Notes: generated from the sequence alone by a model not told the origin. A DNA stretch of 63,054 nucleotides, filler included, from Octopus bimaculoides (GCF_001194135.2; 7 parts of 6 records of this genome joined end to end with filler, not necessarily neighbours in it); one strand, 5' to 3'; positions 37,008 through 51,975 are shown, numbered from the whole stretch's first letter. Translations and numbers: made by a program.

Positions 37008-39274
37008 TGAAGATGAGCCTCGGCATGGTTGCGACATTTTTAAATGACACATGGGCGAGGTTTACCTGGGGTACATATTACCACATAATTGCAAAACAAA
37101 GAACTACAAGCCAACATTGCAAGATGCTAGTGATAGAAATTAATAACGAGTTTATACCAAGGCCATTCTAAATCGAATAATCCTATGATAAAAGGTATCC
37201 CACACATGGCTACCCCATCCTTTTCTATTTTTATTCTCAGACATAATGTATATATATAATAGTGCCACATATCCAATAATTCTATTCTAAGAGAGTGAAA
37301 TGGTGACTTGAGGTCGATCTGGGTACTATTTTTAATAAGTCGAACAACCTTGTAAGACGCTTCCTTATTGATTTACAGACTCCTTTGCTGGCTCCGTCTG
37401 ATATTTTCAGTATTTCGATTCCTGGTGTGTATAGTAAAGTAGTGAGATTAAAATCTAAAATATAACGTCTGGGGTCTACACCAGATCATGAGTTTATCGA
37501 CGACAAAATATCGATTAGAAATATATTTGCTGGAGAATAAAATGGCTTGATGCAATACTTTCAGAAATGGCGAAGATTTAATTAACAGCAAAGGAAATAA
37601 ACATATTTTTCATTAGAATTGGGCAACATACAAGGTAAACCGTGCGTGAACTGTTCTCGATATCAGATTGTAGCCATTATATTTCATTATGATAACATCT
37701 TTGAGAAAGAGATTATTGTCTCGGAATCTTATTCCTCTCTCTCTTGGAAATCATAGCTTTCTGATTAAATATTATTTGTTTTCTAGGTCGAGCGAGAGAC
37801 ATGTAATAAAGTTTAGGTTGAAAAATTTGTGAAATAGAAATAAATATCACAACATACAACATTCAATTTTCTCTTCACTTCGCCAGACAAACATTAAGTG
37901 CTGTATTTCCTAATCAAAAATAAATGTTTATTTTCTTTGCTATTAATTAAATCTTTTCCATTTCTAAAAGCATTGAGCCAAACTATTCTCTTATCCAGCA
38001 TAAATATATATATATATATTGAATCGATACGCTAACATCGATAAAATTACCATCTCATGTAGATCCAGACTGTAAACATTTATAATGAAATATCTGTATT
38101 TGTATATGGAGTATGTTCTAATCTCTGTATCACTCACGCACCTCAGCCTGCAGAAAAATATCATATGCGGCTAGCCAGAGAGATAGCCTCTATGTAGTCG
38201 GCCTCCATGCTAGAAATCACAACGCTACAGATCATAGACAACCGTATTTTCCTATATAATGTGAAAGCGCGTAGCTTAGTGGTTAGGGTATTGCACTCAC
38301 ATTCCCAAGATCGTGGTTTCGATTCCCAGACTGGGTAGTGTGTTGTTTTCTTGAGCAAAACACTTCATTTCACGTTGCTGCAGTGTATTCAACTGCAAAC
38401 GAGTTCCAGTTATAGCTGGGTAATTAATCCGGTGACGGACCGGTGTCCCATTTCAGGCGGAGAGTTTTGGACAAAAACGAAAAAAGAAGGAGAGGAGGGA
38501 GGAGAAGGTTGGAGCAAGTAGCATTTTGGCAAGTCTTACTATGACTTGTTAATTACATCGACTAGGTCAATGCCCAGTCAGAACATCTTCTGACTCAATG
38601 TCTTCAGTGAAAAAGAAAGGAAAGGAAAGGAAAGAAAGAAAGAAAGAAAGAAAGAAAGCATAAAGAAGAAATGAGTTCAAACGAATGAAGTCAATGAAAG
38701 GTTTCCATGCACCGGGATAGAGTTGTTAAAAAACATGGCGAGAGGTCTTTGTGATTGGAGTATTGTGTATGTTTAGTGAAATTTTAATATATACACCCAC
38801 CCCACTCGGCCTTATACACGTGTAACTAATTGTGGGCCATTATGACAAGTGTATGTCACGAAGAGATAGGCGTTAACCACAAGCAATGTGTGTGTGTGTG
38901 TGTGTGTGTTTGTACTCACACGCACAACAATTAAATGTAGGATAAAAACAAATACGGATGAACACATTTCGTTAGTCAATAGTCTAACCCCAGGTCAATA
39001 ACATTTCGGTTGTATACTTATGTAGCCATGTGTGATATTCACCTCTATTTCAAGATTCCTTGCCAATAGAAAATGAGCCGGTTTCTAACATGGATCCAAG
39101 GCCCAGGAGTATAGTAGAAGGCGTGACACTTGCCCAAGGTGTTGCGTGTAGTGGGACTGAACCTGAAACCATGTGGTCGCAAAGCTAGCTTCTTAACCAC
39201 ACAACTATACCTGATCCTACGTAAAATATATTTTAATACAATTTTCATCATTACCACATACACACACACATACA

Positions 39275-39357
<83 letters not shown>

Positions 39358-39497
39358 CTAAGAATGACACACAAGTAACTCTACACCTATGATTTTTTCC
39401 GTATAGCGAATTAAGCCATTCTTTATAGACACTGGCCAAACATCCGAGCACCGATAAGAAACAATAATACTTTCCGGCATTCTTCATCTTCATATTC

Positions 39498-39499
39498 GT

Positions 39500-39573
<74 letters not shown>

Positions 39574-39606
39574 TACAGTAGCAGCAGTAGCAGCAGCACC
39601 ACCACC

Positions 39607-39637
<31 letters not shown>

Positions 39638-39665
39638 ATAGTAGTAGTAGTAGTAGTAGTAGTAG
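39498..39665. repeat. (TAG)n / (CAG)n compound microsatellite
   Basis: Direct inspection. Confidence 0.95.
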
Positions 39666-39770
39666 CCTCTGTTGTGCTTGACATTGTTACTGTTGTTGAT
39701 GCTTGTAAGACAGAACTAAAACTAAATATCGTATGAGTTTCATCCTATAAATCCTTATATGGACTATATA

Positions 39771-39820
<50 letters not shown>

Positions 39821-40237
39821 TTGTATATAAGTCCCATATAAAATATATATATATATATGTATGTATGTATATATATGGGCTTATGGGCTTATATAAAATT
39901 AATTATCACGTGTTGTCTGTGGTTTGTTACGTAAATATCTATTTAATCTATGCATTAGAGTGATTAAAATAAACACTTAATTACTTGACCTTTTTAATCA
40001 ATGGTGAAACATCCTCATTATCATTTTTTCCAAGAAAATCTATTTTCCTATTCTCAGCAAACACAATGTCGACTAAAATACCTCAGTTTATTCTATAATA
40101 CATTATAACAACGGATCGAAACACTATTAACAGTTCAGCAATTTAATCTATAATCTCGCTGCTAATTATGCAGTGCTAAATATGCAAATTGATCTCGCAG
40201 TTGTTTACTTTAAGCACTAATATTTGTGGTTTTATGA

Positions 40238-40400
40238 GCTTCTTCTTCTTCTTCTTCTTCGTTGGCTGTCCGTCGTAGGTCGACGTTGACTGTTCTTGTT
40301 CAATAATCATCTCCGCATACTCGTGTGAGCTGTACAAGGCCTGCCCTTGATCTACAGCGGCGATCACATCTGCTGCAGATGAAATTTCTTGACGCAACGG
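40238..40400 (-). mobile_element. RTE-clade LINE 3' terminus with (GAA)n tail
   Basis: Minus strand FICSRCDRRCRSRAGLVQLTRVC resembles the terminal CxxC..SRIGLxSHxRxC motif. A short UTR and (GAA)7 follow. Confidence 0.6.
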
Positions 40401-40508
40401 CTTTATAAGTAATGAATGTGTTTGTATATGGTTAACGGCCGCTGAGGAAGACTTCAAAAAGGGTTGAAACGGACATATAGATGTTTCCAACTTTTCTGTT
40501 CGCACATA

Positions 40509-40714
40509 CGAGGAGTACAGAACAGTTCCTGGCTTTGGATTAAAGAAAATACAGGAAGATCAGTCATGATTTTATTCAACATATTCCCCTCTCAGATTCA
40601 CTTTTCGCAGCAGTCCTTCAGTTTTCTAAGCCCTGTAAAAGAACTCGGAAGGTTGGGCCACCAATCAGGCCTTTCGCAATACCCTTAACACCAGAAACTT
40701 TTCAGCCCCACCTC
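40509..40714. mobile_element. Mariner-derived MITE
   Basis: TA|cgaggagtacagaacagttcctggc ... ccagaaacttttcagccccacctc|TA imperfect TIRs. Confidence 0.6.
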
Positions 40715-41204
40715 TATTTATTGTACCAACGGATTGTATACAGCTGTCATAATTCATAGTGTTGATTAATAAACCTACAGATAGATACGCTCTGTCGTAC
40801 ATTTCGAGAAAGCTCGCTTACAACAACGCTGCACAGGAGAAACATACGAAGAATTGATTTGCTACATTCAAATGGTTGCCTGAACACGCCTCATGATAAT
40901 TAATCAACGAACGTTATTAATCTTCTCCAATACATAATATGAAACCGAAACTTCAATCCTTAGTTATTTCGAAAGTATGCAAATATATAATCATGCAACT
41001 GATTCCACTCGCTAAAATTACTGGCCTTGTGCAATATTTGGAAACCATTAGTATAACTATTGTCTTAATACAGATTTATTGTAACATCGTTCCGAGGTTT
41101 GTAAGGGTGGCACAGATGGTAACTTCCTGAGCTGTAGTTAACAGCGTTGATTAATTACTGAGTTCAAACCCAGGCCTGTCAGTCCGCTTCGGTATTGCAT
41201 TTTT

Positions 41205-41475
41205 ATCCCAGTTGGTCTTTGATTCTTTATTTGTTACAATCTTTAGACTGCGTCCTTGCTGGAGCATTACCTTGAAGAATGTTTAGTCAAATGAATCGAC
41301 CCCAGTACTTTTTTTAAAAGCTAGATACTTATTCTATCGTTCTCTTTTACCGAACCACTACGTTACGGGGACGCAAACACACCAACAGCGGTTGTCAATC
41401 GGTGGTGAGGGACAAACACAGAAACAAAGACACACACACACACGCACGCACACAGAAACAAACACACACACACAC

Positions 41476-41515
<40 letters not shown>

Positions 41516-41665
41516 GGCGGGCTTCTTTCAGTTTCCGTCTAGCAAATTCAGTCGTTAGGCTTTGGTTGGCCCGAGGCTATAGCAGAAGACACTTGCCCAA
41601 GGTGCCACATGGAGGGACTGAACCCGCAATCATGTGGTTGGGGAGCAAACTTTTTGCCACTACAC
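41205..41665 (-). mobile_element. SINE family B copy
   Basis: Both halves present, separated by (CA)n/(TA)n. Confidence 0.85.
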
Positions 41666-42416
41666 ATTATCTATGTGTAGAAGTATAAATTATTTTATAC
41701 AACAGAAATTTATACAGGGTCAAGGAATCGACATTAAAAAGGGGTGCACGAAAACCCAACTAGCGTAGTGATCGTATGTTTTGCTTAAGAATACAAAATA
41801 GACGAACGGGTGAGATATCATATTAAACTCTCTGCTCAGGGGTCGTGAGTTCTAATCCGTTGCTTCGTGTTTCATGGTTGTTTCTCGTCTTTATTTCTAC
41901 ATTCCATCGGTTAGTAAAGATATCACGAAAATAGGGGGCAAATTTTCTTTTAATTGAGAAACATCAACAGAACTAATCAGTAATTGTTACATCAAGAAAA
42001 GATCAATCGATCAATCAATTAATGATCGGTCGAGCCCTCTGCATCGCACCAGTGAGTAGGATTAGCCATTGTTTCAAATACTGTTATTTCTGTTTCGTTA
42101 AATTAATTACGTTATTAGCATAAATTTGGTCAAGCGGAACTAAGTGGAAATAATGTCCAGTGCTAACGAATTACAACAGCAACAACTTTCTACCACATTA
42201 GCAATTATCATCACTAAGAACTCCACCACCACCACCACCATCATCATCACCGCCATCTTTGCCACCATCTCTATCGTTTTATAGTTTTCCAATTTGATGT
42301 TGGTTATTAGAGAACAAAGGAGAAAGCAATATGAAAATGTCCCATAAATACAATATGAGGATAATAAATAACCATAGTTTACATATGTCAACAGAAATAA
42401 ACTCATTACTATTCCT

Positions 42417-42464
<48 letters not shown>

Positions 42465-43764
42465 TCACCTCTTCCTTCTTCTGTCTCTTGCTGTCTCTCT
42501 TGCTTTGCTGTCTCTCTATGAATATGTATGTGTGTGTGCTTGTGTGTGTATGCGTGTGTTTTCTGTGAGTTTCTTTGCACATGTATAAATACACACACAC
42601 ACACATATTTGTATACATATGCATGCATACGTATATATATATATCTATGTATATGTGTGTGCGTATACATACATACATACATATATANNNNNNNNNNNNN
42701 NNNNNNNNNNNNNNNNNNNNNNNNNNNNNNNNNNNNNNNNNNNNNNNNNNNNNNNNNNNNNNNNNNNNNNNNNNNNNNNNNNNNNNNNNNNNNNNNNNNN
42801 NNNNNNNNNNNNNNNNNNNNNNNNNNNNNNNNNNNNNNNNNNNNNNNNNNNNNNNNNNNNNNNNNNNNNNNNNNNNNNNNNNNNNNNNNNNNNNNNNNNN
42901 NNNNNNNNNNNNNNNNNNNNNNNNNNNNNNNNNNNNNNNNNNNNNNNNNNNNNNNNNNNNNNNNNNNNNNNNNNNNNNNNNNNNNNNNNNNNNNNNNNNN
43001 NNNNNNNNNNNNNNNNNNNNNNNNNNNNNNNNNNNNNNNNNNNNNNNNNNNNNNNNNNNNNNNNNNNNNNNNNNNNNNNNNNNNNNNNNNNNNNNNNNNN
43101 NTCGATCATATGATAATATAAATGATATATAAATGATATATAAATATATGCATATATCCATACATATATGTACATATATATGTATATATACATGCATATA
43201 TAGGTACAGGACATCAAAAAAAACGTTGAACACAATGAGAAACGGAAACATAAAAACAAAAACATAGAAAACGAACTTTTTTTCGAACAACGAAGAAAAC
43301 AGAGAAACGAGACATGCAACATAAAGAGTATACCTCTTCGTCAGTTGTCCCTGTTTCATCGACTTTATGTTTTCAGTTAAAATTCCACCGAGGTCGATTT
43401 TGCCTTTCATCCTCATACCAGCTGAGCACTGGGGTTGGTGCAATCGACTTACCCCCTCCCCCGAAATTGCTGGCCTTATTTCAAAATTCGAAACCAGTAA
43501 ATCGACATCAAGAAATAACAAACTTTACTTCGAATGGGTCATACACTGTCACAACTATATTCTATCAAAACCAGGTTAAGATCCGGCTGTACGAATGCTC
43601 TGGTTCATAGCACACGAAAGTTTAACCCAGTTATAGATATTTGTTAGAGGTAGTTACAATATACATGCTGATGTTTAGTTTCAAATCAACCGCGATCAAT
43701 TAGTCATATAAAGAAAAGCATTTCAGTCGTGATAATCCCATTACATAATTATATATACTGGCAT

Positions 43765-44075
43765 TTCGTCGGTTACGACGACGAGGCTTCCAATTGATCC
43801 GATCGACTGAAGAGCCTGCTCGTGAAAATAAACGGGGAAACGGTTGAGAACTCCACAGACACGCGCACCCATATCGTAGTACTCAGGGAAACTCAGCGTG
43901 ACACAGAATGTGATAGGGCTGGCTCTTTGAGTTACAGATACAACTCATTTTTGCCAGCTAAGTGGACTGGGTAACGTGAAATAAAGAGCCTTGCTCAACG
44001 ACACAACGTGCCGCCAGGAATCGAATTCACCACCTTACGACCGCGAGCCGTATGACCTCACCACAAAGCCACGCT
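43765..44075 (-). mobile_element. tRNA-derived SINE, family A, diverged
   Basis: Reverse-complement similarity to 1336-1705 with an internal deletion. Confidence 0.75.
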
Positions 44076-44172
44076 CGAGTTACATTATCTAATACGTTCC
44101 TTTTCTAAAACTAAAGAAATTTTGTTTCTATTTCTAGCCGACTGAACGATAACGTACAAGTTCATTCTAGAC

Positions 44173-44380
44173 TAGGGGTCGGCGAACCGGAGTAAATAGC
44201 CCCAAGTGAAGTAAAAACGAAATTATTAAGGGGTAATGAGGAATCATTAAACATAAGATGTATAAAACAAAAACGTGTTCCTTGTCATCTATGGTTTTCT
44301 TCCTTTCAAATCAAGAGGGCAACGTCGGCGTAAATAAATATATTTTGGGGTTAATTGGTTAAAAAGTTCCCTGACCCCTG
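44173..44380. mobile_element. hAT (Charlie-like) MITE
   Basis: TIRs taggggtcggcgaac / gttccctgacccctg; 8-bp TSD ttctagac / ttcaagac (7 of 8). Confidence 0.7.
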
Positions 44381-44704
44381 TTCAAGACAAACCTTGTGAA
44401 ATAAAGAAAACCGTGTAAATGCAGTCCTTCATTTTGTAGCTTTTCTGTACGTTTAAAGGGGTTTTTTTCTTTTCTTTTCCCTTTCTTTGTTCACATTTAA
44501 TGTTCTTCCAATATCCAAGTCTATTTTTATATTGAATGGTTGTCTTCTACTCGATAAGTTTCCATTAGTAATTCATTCTAGGTTGTATTGATTATGTTCA
44601 AGAAGGTTTTGCTGTCTTGCAAGGCGAATGGTTTCTCATTGACAACCGATAATATTCTTCTTTACGAACGATGGCTTTCTTTATCACCATTATCATTATC
44701 ATCA

Positions 44705-44757
<53 letters not shown>

Positions 44758-44789
44758 TGCATATAACAAATCTCCAACTACTAAAAGCA

Positions 44790-44828
<39 letters not shown>

Positions 44829-45279
44829 CTATCTCTCTATCTATCTATCTATCTCTCGCTCGCTCGCTCGTTCCGTGTCTCTGAAGACAAACGATTCCCC
44901 CCTTAAACTGACGTTCTTGTAGCGATTCTTTCAAAGTAAAAATCAATAAGGTGACAATTCCTTTCACATGTGTTTCTAAAAGCATTTGATATTTAATGAA
45001 GTATGGTCTCTAAATAATGTTATTATGTTGAGGTGGGATCTCATTATAGTTTTCAAAAGAATTAGAAAAATTGATTTCGTCCAACATCATAAACAATGAC
45101 TTAAATATAACTATGCGCTTAAGAAGTTGACATCGCAACAATGAAACAACGCGTTCCAGGGCAGAATGTCACCGAATAGTAAATTGGTAAAATGTCTTTA
45201 GCTATAGCCTCATTCTGGCCAACAATTTTATGAGAGGAATTTGTTGTATCTTTAATCTTTTATATTTCATGATTAATCT

Positions 45280-45433
45280 TTTACGTGTTTCAGTCAATAG
45301 ACTACGGACATGCTGGGGCATCGCCTTGAAGAATATTAGTCGAACGAATCGACCATAGTACTGATATTGTGCCGAACCACAATATAGTTAAGGGACGCAA
45401 ACACACCAACACCGGTTGTCAAACGGTGGCGGG

Positions 45434-45503
<70 letters not shown>

Positions 45504-45660
45504 TTGACGGGATTCTTTCAGTTTTTATCTAATCCACTCACAAGGTCTTGGTCGGCCGAAGGCTATAATAGGAGACACTTGTCCAAGTCGCCATCCAGTA
45601 GGAGTGAACCTGCAACCATGTGGTTGGGAAGCAAGCTCTTTACCACACTGCCACGCCTGT
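45280..45660 (-). mobile_element. SINE family B copy
   Basis: Both halves present, separated by (CA)n/(TA)n. Confidence 0.85.
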
Positions 45661-46233
45661 TGATTTTATTTGATTATATTTTCTCATGTTTTAGAATATC
45701 GACAGATGATTGGAGAGCCAAGGAAAATACTCGTGAATAATCATATTTTACACCTTGGCAAACAACCAAAATAGTCCTATCTATTGTACTTCGTGGCTGA
45801 TAATAACTTGGATCAGTCTAATAAATCGATACGATAGGGGTAGTGGGTAAGTGGTCGGCGGTCGGTGATAGGCAGCTCACAACAATAGAGACGGAGGAGT
45901 GATGAGGCAAGAGAGACTCAACCCAAATTGGTAGGTGGCTTTAAAGGAAGGAGAATGGTTTACCAATGGTTAGCTACGTGTTGAGTGTTTTTTAATTAAA
46001 TTAGGCCAATCGGTTTGTTTCGTATAAATGTATACGTATTGGTGTGTGAGTGGAGCCTTGTGTGTCTGTGTGTGTATGCGTGTCTGTGTGTGTGTGTGTG
46101 TAAACATATATACATTTGTATATACATACGCACATATATGCATATATGATCGCATACATATTCTCATACACTTACACACACTCATACACACGTATGTATG
46201 TATATGTATATTTATATACAAGCATATGTCTAT

Positions 46234-46268
<35 letters not shown>

Positions 46269-46414
46269 CATATGTGTGTGTGCGTGTGTGTCTGTGTGTA
46301 TGTGTGTATGTGTGTATGTGTGTCTCTGTGTGTCTGTCTGTGTGTGTACATATAGACAGATAAATAGAGACAGTCTGACAGACAGATAGACAGATTGCTA
46401 GATTGATAGATAGA

Positions 46415-46468
<54 letters not shown>

Positions 46469-46489
46469 TAGACAGACAGACAGACAGAC

Positions 46490-46562
<73 letters not shown>

Positions 46563-46637
46563 TACCAAATATCTATAAATATATACTGTGTAACTTATCG
46601 TGTATAATCGTTGTTTTAAGCATGCGGAAGTGTGTGC

Positions 46638-46686
<49 letters not shown>

Positions 46687-47166
46687 CATCCATACATACA
46701 TACTTATACATATAAATTTATGCTTGCAAATGTGTGTGTGGGTGGGTCGATGTATATATTTTACTTCGTATCTGTCCATATGTATGTGTTTTCTTTTTGC
46801 TTCGTTTTGTTTTAATCAAGGAGAGTTGATTTGATTGTTCGCCAATTTCTATAATTGAGCAAAATATCTATTTTTAGAGAGCGAAAAAAAAAAACCTCAA
46901 GAAAGAAACGAGGCAGGAAGATGAAGAAATCTGAAAGAATTAATGAATAATAATAATAATAAAAAGAACAGCAATTAATATGCAAATACATGGACACTCA
47001 TACGTGTGCATATATGTGTGTATATATTTATGTATGTGTGTGTATGTGTTGAGTGTGCTTATATATATATGTGTGTGTATATATATATACATATATACAC
47101 ACACATTTATATATAAATCTATATTTCTCTCTCTTTCTCTTCCCCCTCTCTCTCTCTCTCTCTCCC

Positions 47167-47232
<66 letters not shown>

Positions 47233-47459
47233 GTATGTATGNNNNNNNNNNNNNNNNNNNNNNNNNNNNNNNNNNNNNNNNNNNNNNNNNNNNNNNNNNN
47301 NNNNNNNNNNNNNNNNNNNNNNNNNNNNNNNNNNNNNNNNNNNNNNNNNNNNNNNNNGTATATATTTATGTATGTGTGTGTATGTGTTGAGTGTGCTTAT
47401 ATATATATGTGTGTGTATATATATATACATATATATATATAGTTATTTATATTTTTCAT

Positions 47460-47865
47460 AGGCCAAGTGTTGCTGTGTGGTAAACGCATGCTTCCCAAAC
47501 ACACGGTTCCGGGTTCAGTCCCCATTTCGTGGCACTTTGACCAAGTGTCTTCTGCTATAGCCGCGGGCCGACTAAAGCCTTGTGAGTGGATTTGGTTGAT
47601 AGAAACTGAAAGAAGCCCGTCGTCTATGTATATATGTGTATATCTATCTCTGTGTGTCTTTTTATCTTTGTTTGTCCGCCCCCTTCACCGCTTGTCAACC
47701 GGTGTTGGTGCATTTACGTCCCTGTAAACTAGCAGTTCAGCAAAAGAGACCGACATAATAAATACTAGCTTAAAAATAAGTTCCGAGGTTGATTTGTTCG
47801 ACTAAAATCTTTCGTGAGGTGCTCCAGCATGGCCGCTGTCAAAATGACTGCAACAAAAGAGTAAA
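47460..47865 (+). mobile_element. SINE family B copy
   Basis: Colinear with 29458-29842. Confidence 0.85.
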
Positions 47866-48009
47866 GGAGTAAAAAATATACATGTGTGTGTGTTGTATAT
47901 ACATACACATGCATATATGTATAAGTGTGTACACATAAACGTATATGTGTATATGCGCGTGTGTATGTACGTGTGTGCGTGCGTGTGTGTATGTGTGTGT
48001 GTGCGTACG

Positions 48010-48960
48010 TATTGCTGAAAGCTGAAACTACACAAATTGTTTTGAGGAACTAAGCAAAATTTATTTGACGAATTTGGATGAAAGCTGATGAACTTATGGA
48101 GTAGTATGTTCGATAATTGACTATGGAATTTTATACATTGCCAAAGCTTTGTATAAATCAAAATTGTTTGAAAAAGTGGTAGAATTTTCTTTTCGTTTTA
48201 TATTACAGTTGTTTTTATCCGATTCCTGAATGTATGACAATGTTGGTAAAAGTGATCGTTAAAGGAATTCTTGAATCGATTTAGCCGATATAATTTCTGT
48301 GTAAACTGTAGCCGTCTTGTTGGATTTTGGCACAATATTTTAGAGCTTACGAAAGACAATTACAATTATGAGGAAAATTACAAGTAGGGGAGTGATTATA
48401 TTATTGTTGCTATCGAGATATTCGAAATTAAAATACTTCATTGAGCTTCCGAAATATTTTATTAAAGTTAAAAGGAGCTTCCGAAATACTGTATTAAAGT
48501 TAAAAGGGGAATTAACCTTGCGGTCTTTAAGTGTAATGTATGGTATAATTGAGGGTGAATATACTATCCTGTTGTCTATGCTGAGTTTAATGACAATTTC
48601 TTTGGCTTCAAGGTTTATGGAGTTAATGTCAGATTTTTTGTAAATGTTAGTATTGCTATCAGATATTTGTCAATGATATATGTTTCAATCTCCAGATACT
48701 TAACTGATTTTCAAATGTTTTAAGCCAAAGGTAATAAGATTCAAAACATTTAGTTTTCTTGGAAATAATCAACCATCCAGAATAAACATGTACAAATCAA
48801 CAATTAGCGGTTTACCTAATGAAAAAGTAAATACTTTAGGCATATCTAATCTGATTGATTGCTTAATCCGTGGATGTTTCGAAATATGAAATTTCCTATT
48901 CCATTTTCCATAATCATCCGAAGATTGGCGAGGAGAGTCTTAAAGTAACTATTTGTGACA
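48010..48960 (-). mobile_element. Degenerate, internally deleted Penelope-like RT/GIY-YIG fragment
   Basis: Minus strand NIYKKSDINSINLEAKEIVIKLSIDNRIVYSPSIIPYITLKDRKVN resembles the PLE RT N-terminal (A/P)(F/Y)ITLKDHK motif. A NYIG remnant lies downstream; many stops. Confidence 0.55.
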
Positions 48961-49297
48961 TTTTGTTTCCAATAAATTATATATAACTCTTCTTTTAGTT
49001 CTCATTAATCTCCTTTTTTTATCCATTTGTGACAAGGAGATTATTTAATAAAAACTCTACAGCATATTTTGATCATTCTCTTTTCTATTCGTACAGTCCA
49101 ATGTGTACACAAACACATATATTTATATGTGTGTACGTTTGAATGTTCATATACGCATATACATAGATGTATGCGTGTTTATATATATGCGTATGCTTGT
49201 GTATGTAATAGTTGCATGTATATANNNNNNNNNNNNNNNNNNNNNNNNNNNNNNNNNNNNNNNNNNNNNNNNNNNNNNNNNNNNNNNNNNNNNNNNN

Positions 49298-49328
<31 letters not shown>

Positions 49329-49588
49329 GTTATGGTAGTGGTTATGGTTTTGGTGGTAATGTGGGGTGGGGATGCTTGTGATATAACATCAAAGATAATA
49401 GTTCTGCTTTCAGTTAGTAGTTTAGTAGTACGAGGATTGTTGACCAGCTGTTTGTAAGCCGTTCAATGTTAGCTGATAAGGCGCTAGTTATTTTGCCATG
49501 TATAACACGCACACACGCACGCACGCACTCACACACACACGCGCACGCACACACACGCACGCACACACACACACACACACATACACAC

Positions 49589-49642
<54 letters not shown>

Positions 49643-50192
49643 GGGAGGAATCGGCTAAAAAGATGGTGAAATACTGATAGTTATAATGGAGTATTAAGCT
49701 CCCTACTTTTCTATTTTTTACACTAATTCTTTCTCTCCCACACACAGACTGCACAGACGCGCGCTCACGCGATTTAGGCATTTTTTTTTTTTTCTTTTTT
49801 CAACTTTGTTGGAACAAAAAGGATTAAGGCACTTTCAGCTGCTGAAATCGCCTAATAAAATTGAGTTAATTGGAAGGACATCCACCACTTTTACCAGAAG
49901 CAATTAAGTTGTTTAGAAAAGAAAAAGTGAAGACCAATTTCATTAATTAGTTTCGTTTCCTCATTTGTTCAGGCTTACTCAGTCACAAGCTTGGTCACGA
50001 GGCGCTCCCTCGTCTACCAATGTGATGTCCAACATGTCCTTTTGTACGCCTTGTGTAGCAGTGTGTGAGTCAACCAGTGGACCCACACGGCAATGTCGGT
50101 TCCAATATATGTAACTAATAATAAGACTTGAAAAATTCTTTCTTTGTCTTGGTCGTCTTCTTTGAATCACATGAGCGCAAATGTGTGTGTGC

Positions 50193-50241
<49 letters not shown>

Positions 50242-51519
50242 AGATAAACATAGAGTGCCTGAATGCAGCAAACCATTTTTTTATGTTTATGGCACGTGCT
50301 TCTATTTATGATAAAATAAAAACCAGCTACCACCCACTACCAACACCAACACCACCACAATCTCCAGTACCATTAACCAGCACCATAACATATGTAGTTT
50401 ATGCAATTTCCACGATATATTATTTGCGGTAAAGAAATGTACGCTGAATGATAAATAACTTTTATGAGTCTGTGTATATGTTATATCTTATTTGCTTGTG
50501 GGTATCTTTGTATTTGAATAGGTTTCTGCTTGTATGTGCGCATGCGTGTGTGTATGTGTGGTCGAGAAAAAGTGAGAGAAAAATCAAATTAGTGTTAAAA
50601 TAAAACGAATATGAACCCACCACCCCAACTGAGAAATAAAATAAACTAACGAACAAAGTGACAAAAAAAAATGCTAAATAAAACATCATTGCTCTGTTGG
50701 TCTCGCTTCTGTTCCATATATTTATGTTATAAACGCCGCTGATGCAAAATATCGTCTGGGTCGGCCATTTTAAATTTATTTCGTTTTCGTTATATTTTTA
50801 CATGTGAGAGTTTGAACATAATACGTTAGTTTATGAGTTCGTGTAAAAGTTGAAAATGGAAATTTGTGAGAAAGATTGAGAATATGTGTGGACGGATATA
50901 CTAGTATTTGTGTATGTGTGTGTCAGTGTGTGTGTGTGTGCGTGCGTGTGTGTGTGTGTGTGTGTGATTACGTCTGAAAAAATTTTGCATGTTTATGCTT
51001 TTTGCGTGTCAAGAGACTGTACATGAATGTATAAATGTCAGTGTGTACGGGTGTACGTACGTATTTATGTATGTATGTATGTATGTATGTATGTATGTAT
51101 GTATGTATGTACGTATACACACGTCTGCATGTATGNNNNNNNNNNNNNNNNNNNNNNNNNNNNNNNNNNNNNNNNNNNNNNNNNNNNNNNNNNNNNNNNN
51201 NNNNNNNNNATATATGCATATATATATATATACATATTTGTGTTTTTATTTCTATTTTTTGAAATTATTTCATCTTTTGAAAATAACCCATCCCGTCTTT
51301 TGTCATGCAGTTCTTACCACAGTTATATGGCAAGCATCCGTTAGTTACTCAATGAAGACGTTTAACTTCACCCATTTCAAGCGATAGATTTGTTCCTTGA
51401 GAGACATTTACAATCGGATTTTGGTAGCAATGAAATCTTGCAGTTGATATACTGTTCTCCTCTGTGATAAAATAGAAAATATCTTGTCAATATTAAGGAC
51501 TGAAAACAGATATCTTTCC

Positions 51520-51920
51520 TTTTCGGCCAAGCCCTCAACGACTTTTTCAAGTTCCACTTGAAAAGGAGAGCGAAGGGGAAGCGGAGAGAAGTGTTGCCAC
51601 AGAACCCACCCACCTCAGTAATTTTATTGAAAGTGGGGGGAGGAATGTGATGGGGATGGCCACATTCGCTTAGATACGTTTGTAAGCCGGTGGGGTTGAG
51701 AAGGAGAGAAATGCCTGCAGAGGTGACCAGGATGTGCGGGGCTCTTTGGTTGGCCCTGGGTGGAAATTCCTCAACTGGGGGAATTTTGTTGTTGAACTGT
51801 TGTTGTTAATTGTTATTGTTTTTATTGTATACATGTATTTTTGTTCTAAACCGCATTTGACCCTTATTTTGTATTGTCCCTCTTTGTTTTGTGTTAGGAA
51901 TTAGGGACCAATAAAGAAAA
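51520..51920 (+). mobile_element. Possible L1/Tx1-like 3' end
   Basis: GQALNDFFKFHLKR peptide, G-rich then T-rich tail, AATAAA, then (ATT)n. Confidence 0.35.

Positions 51921-51975
<55 letters not shown>

Noticed and set aside
40176-40505. Minus ORF ending in poly-Lys that looks like an exon with a nuclear localisation signal
   Set aside because: Better explained as an alternative frame of an RTE 3' end; the poly-Lys is the (GAA)n tail.
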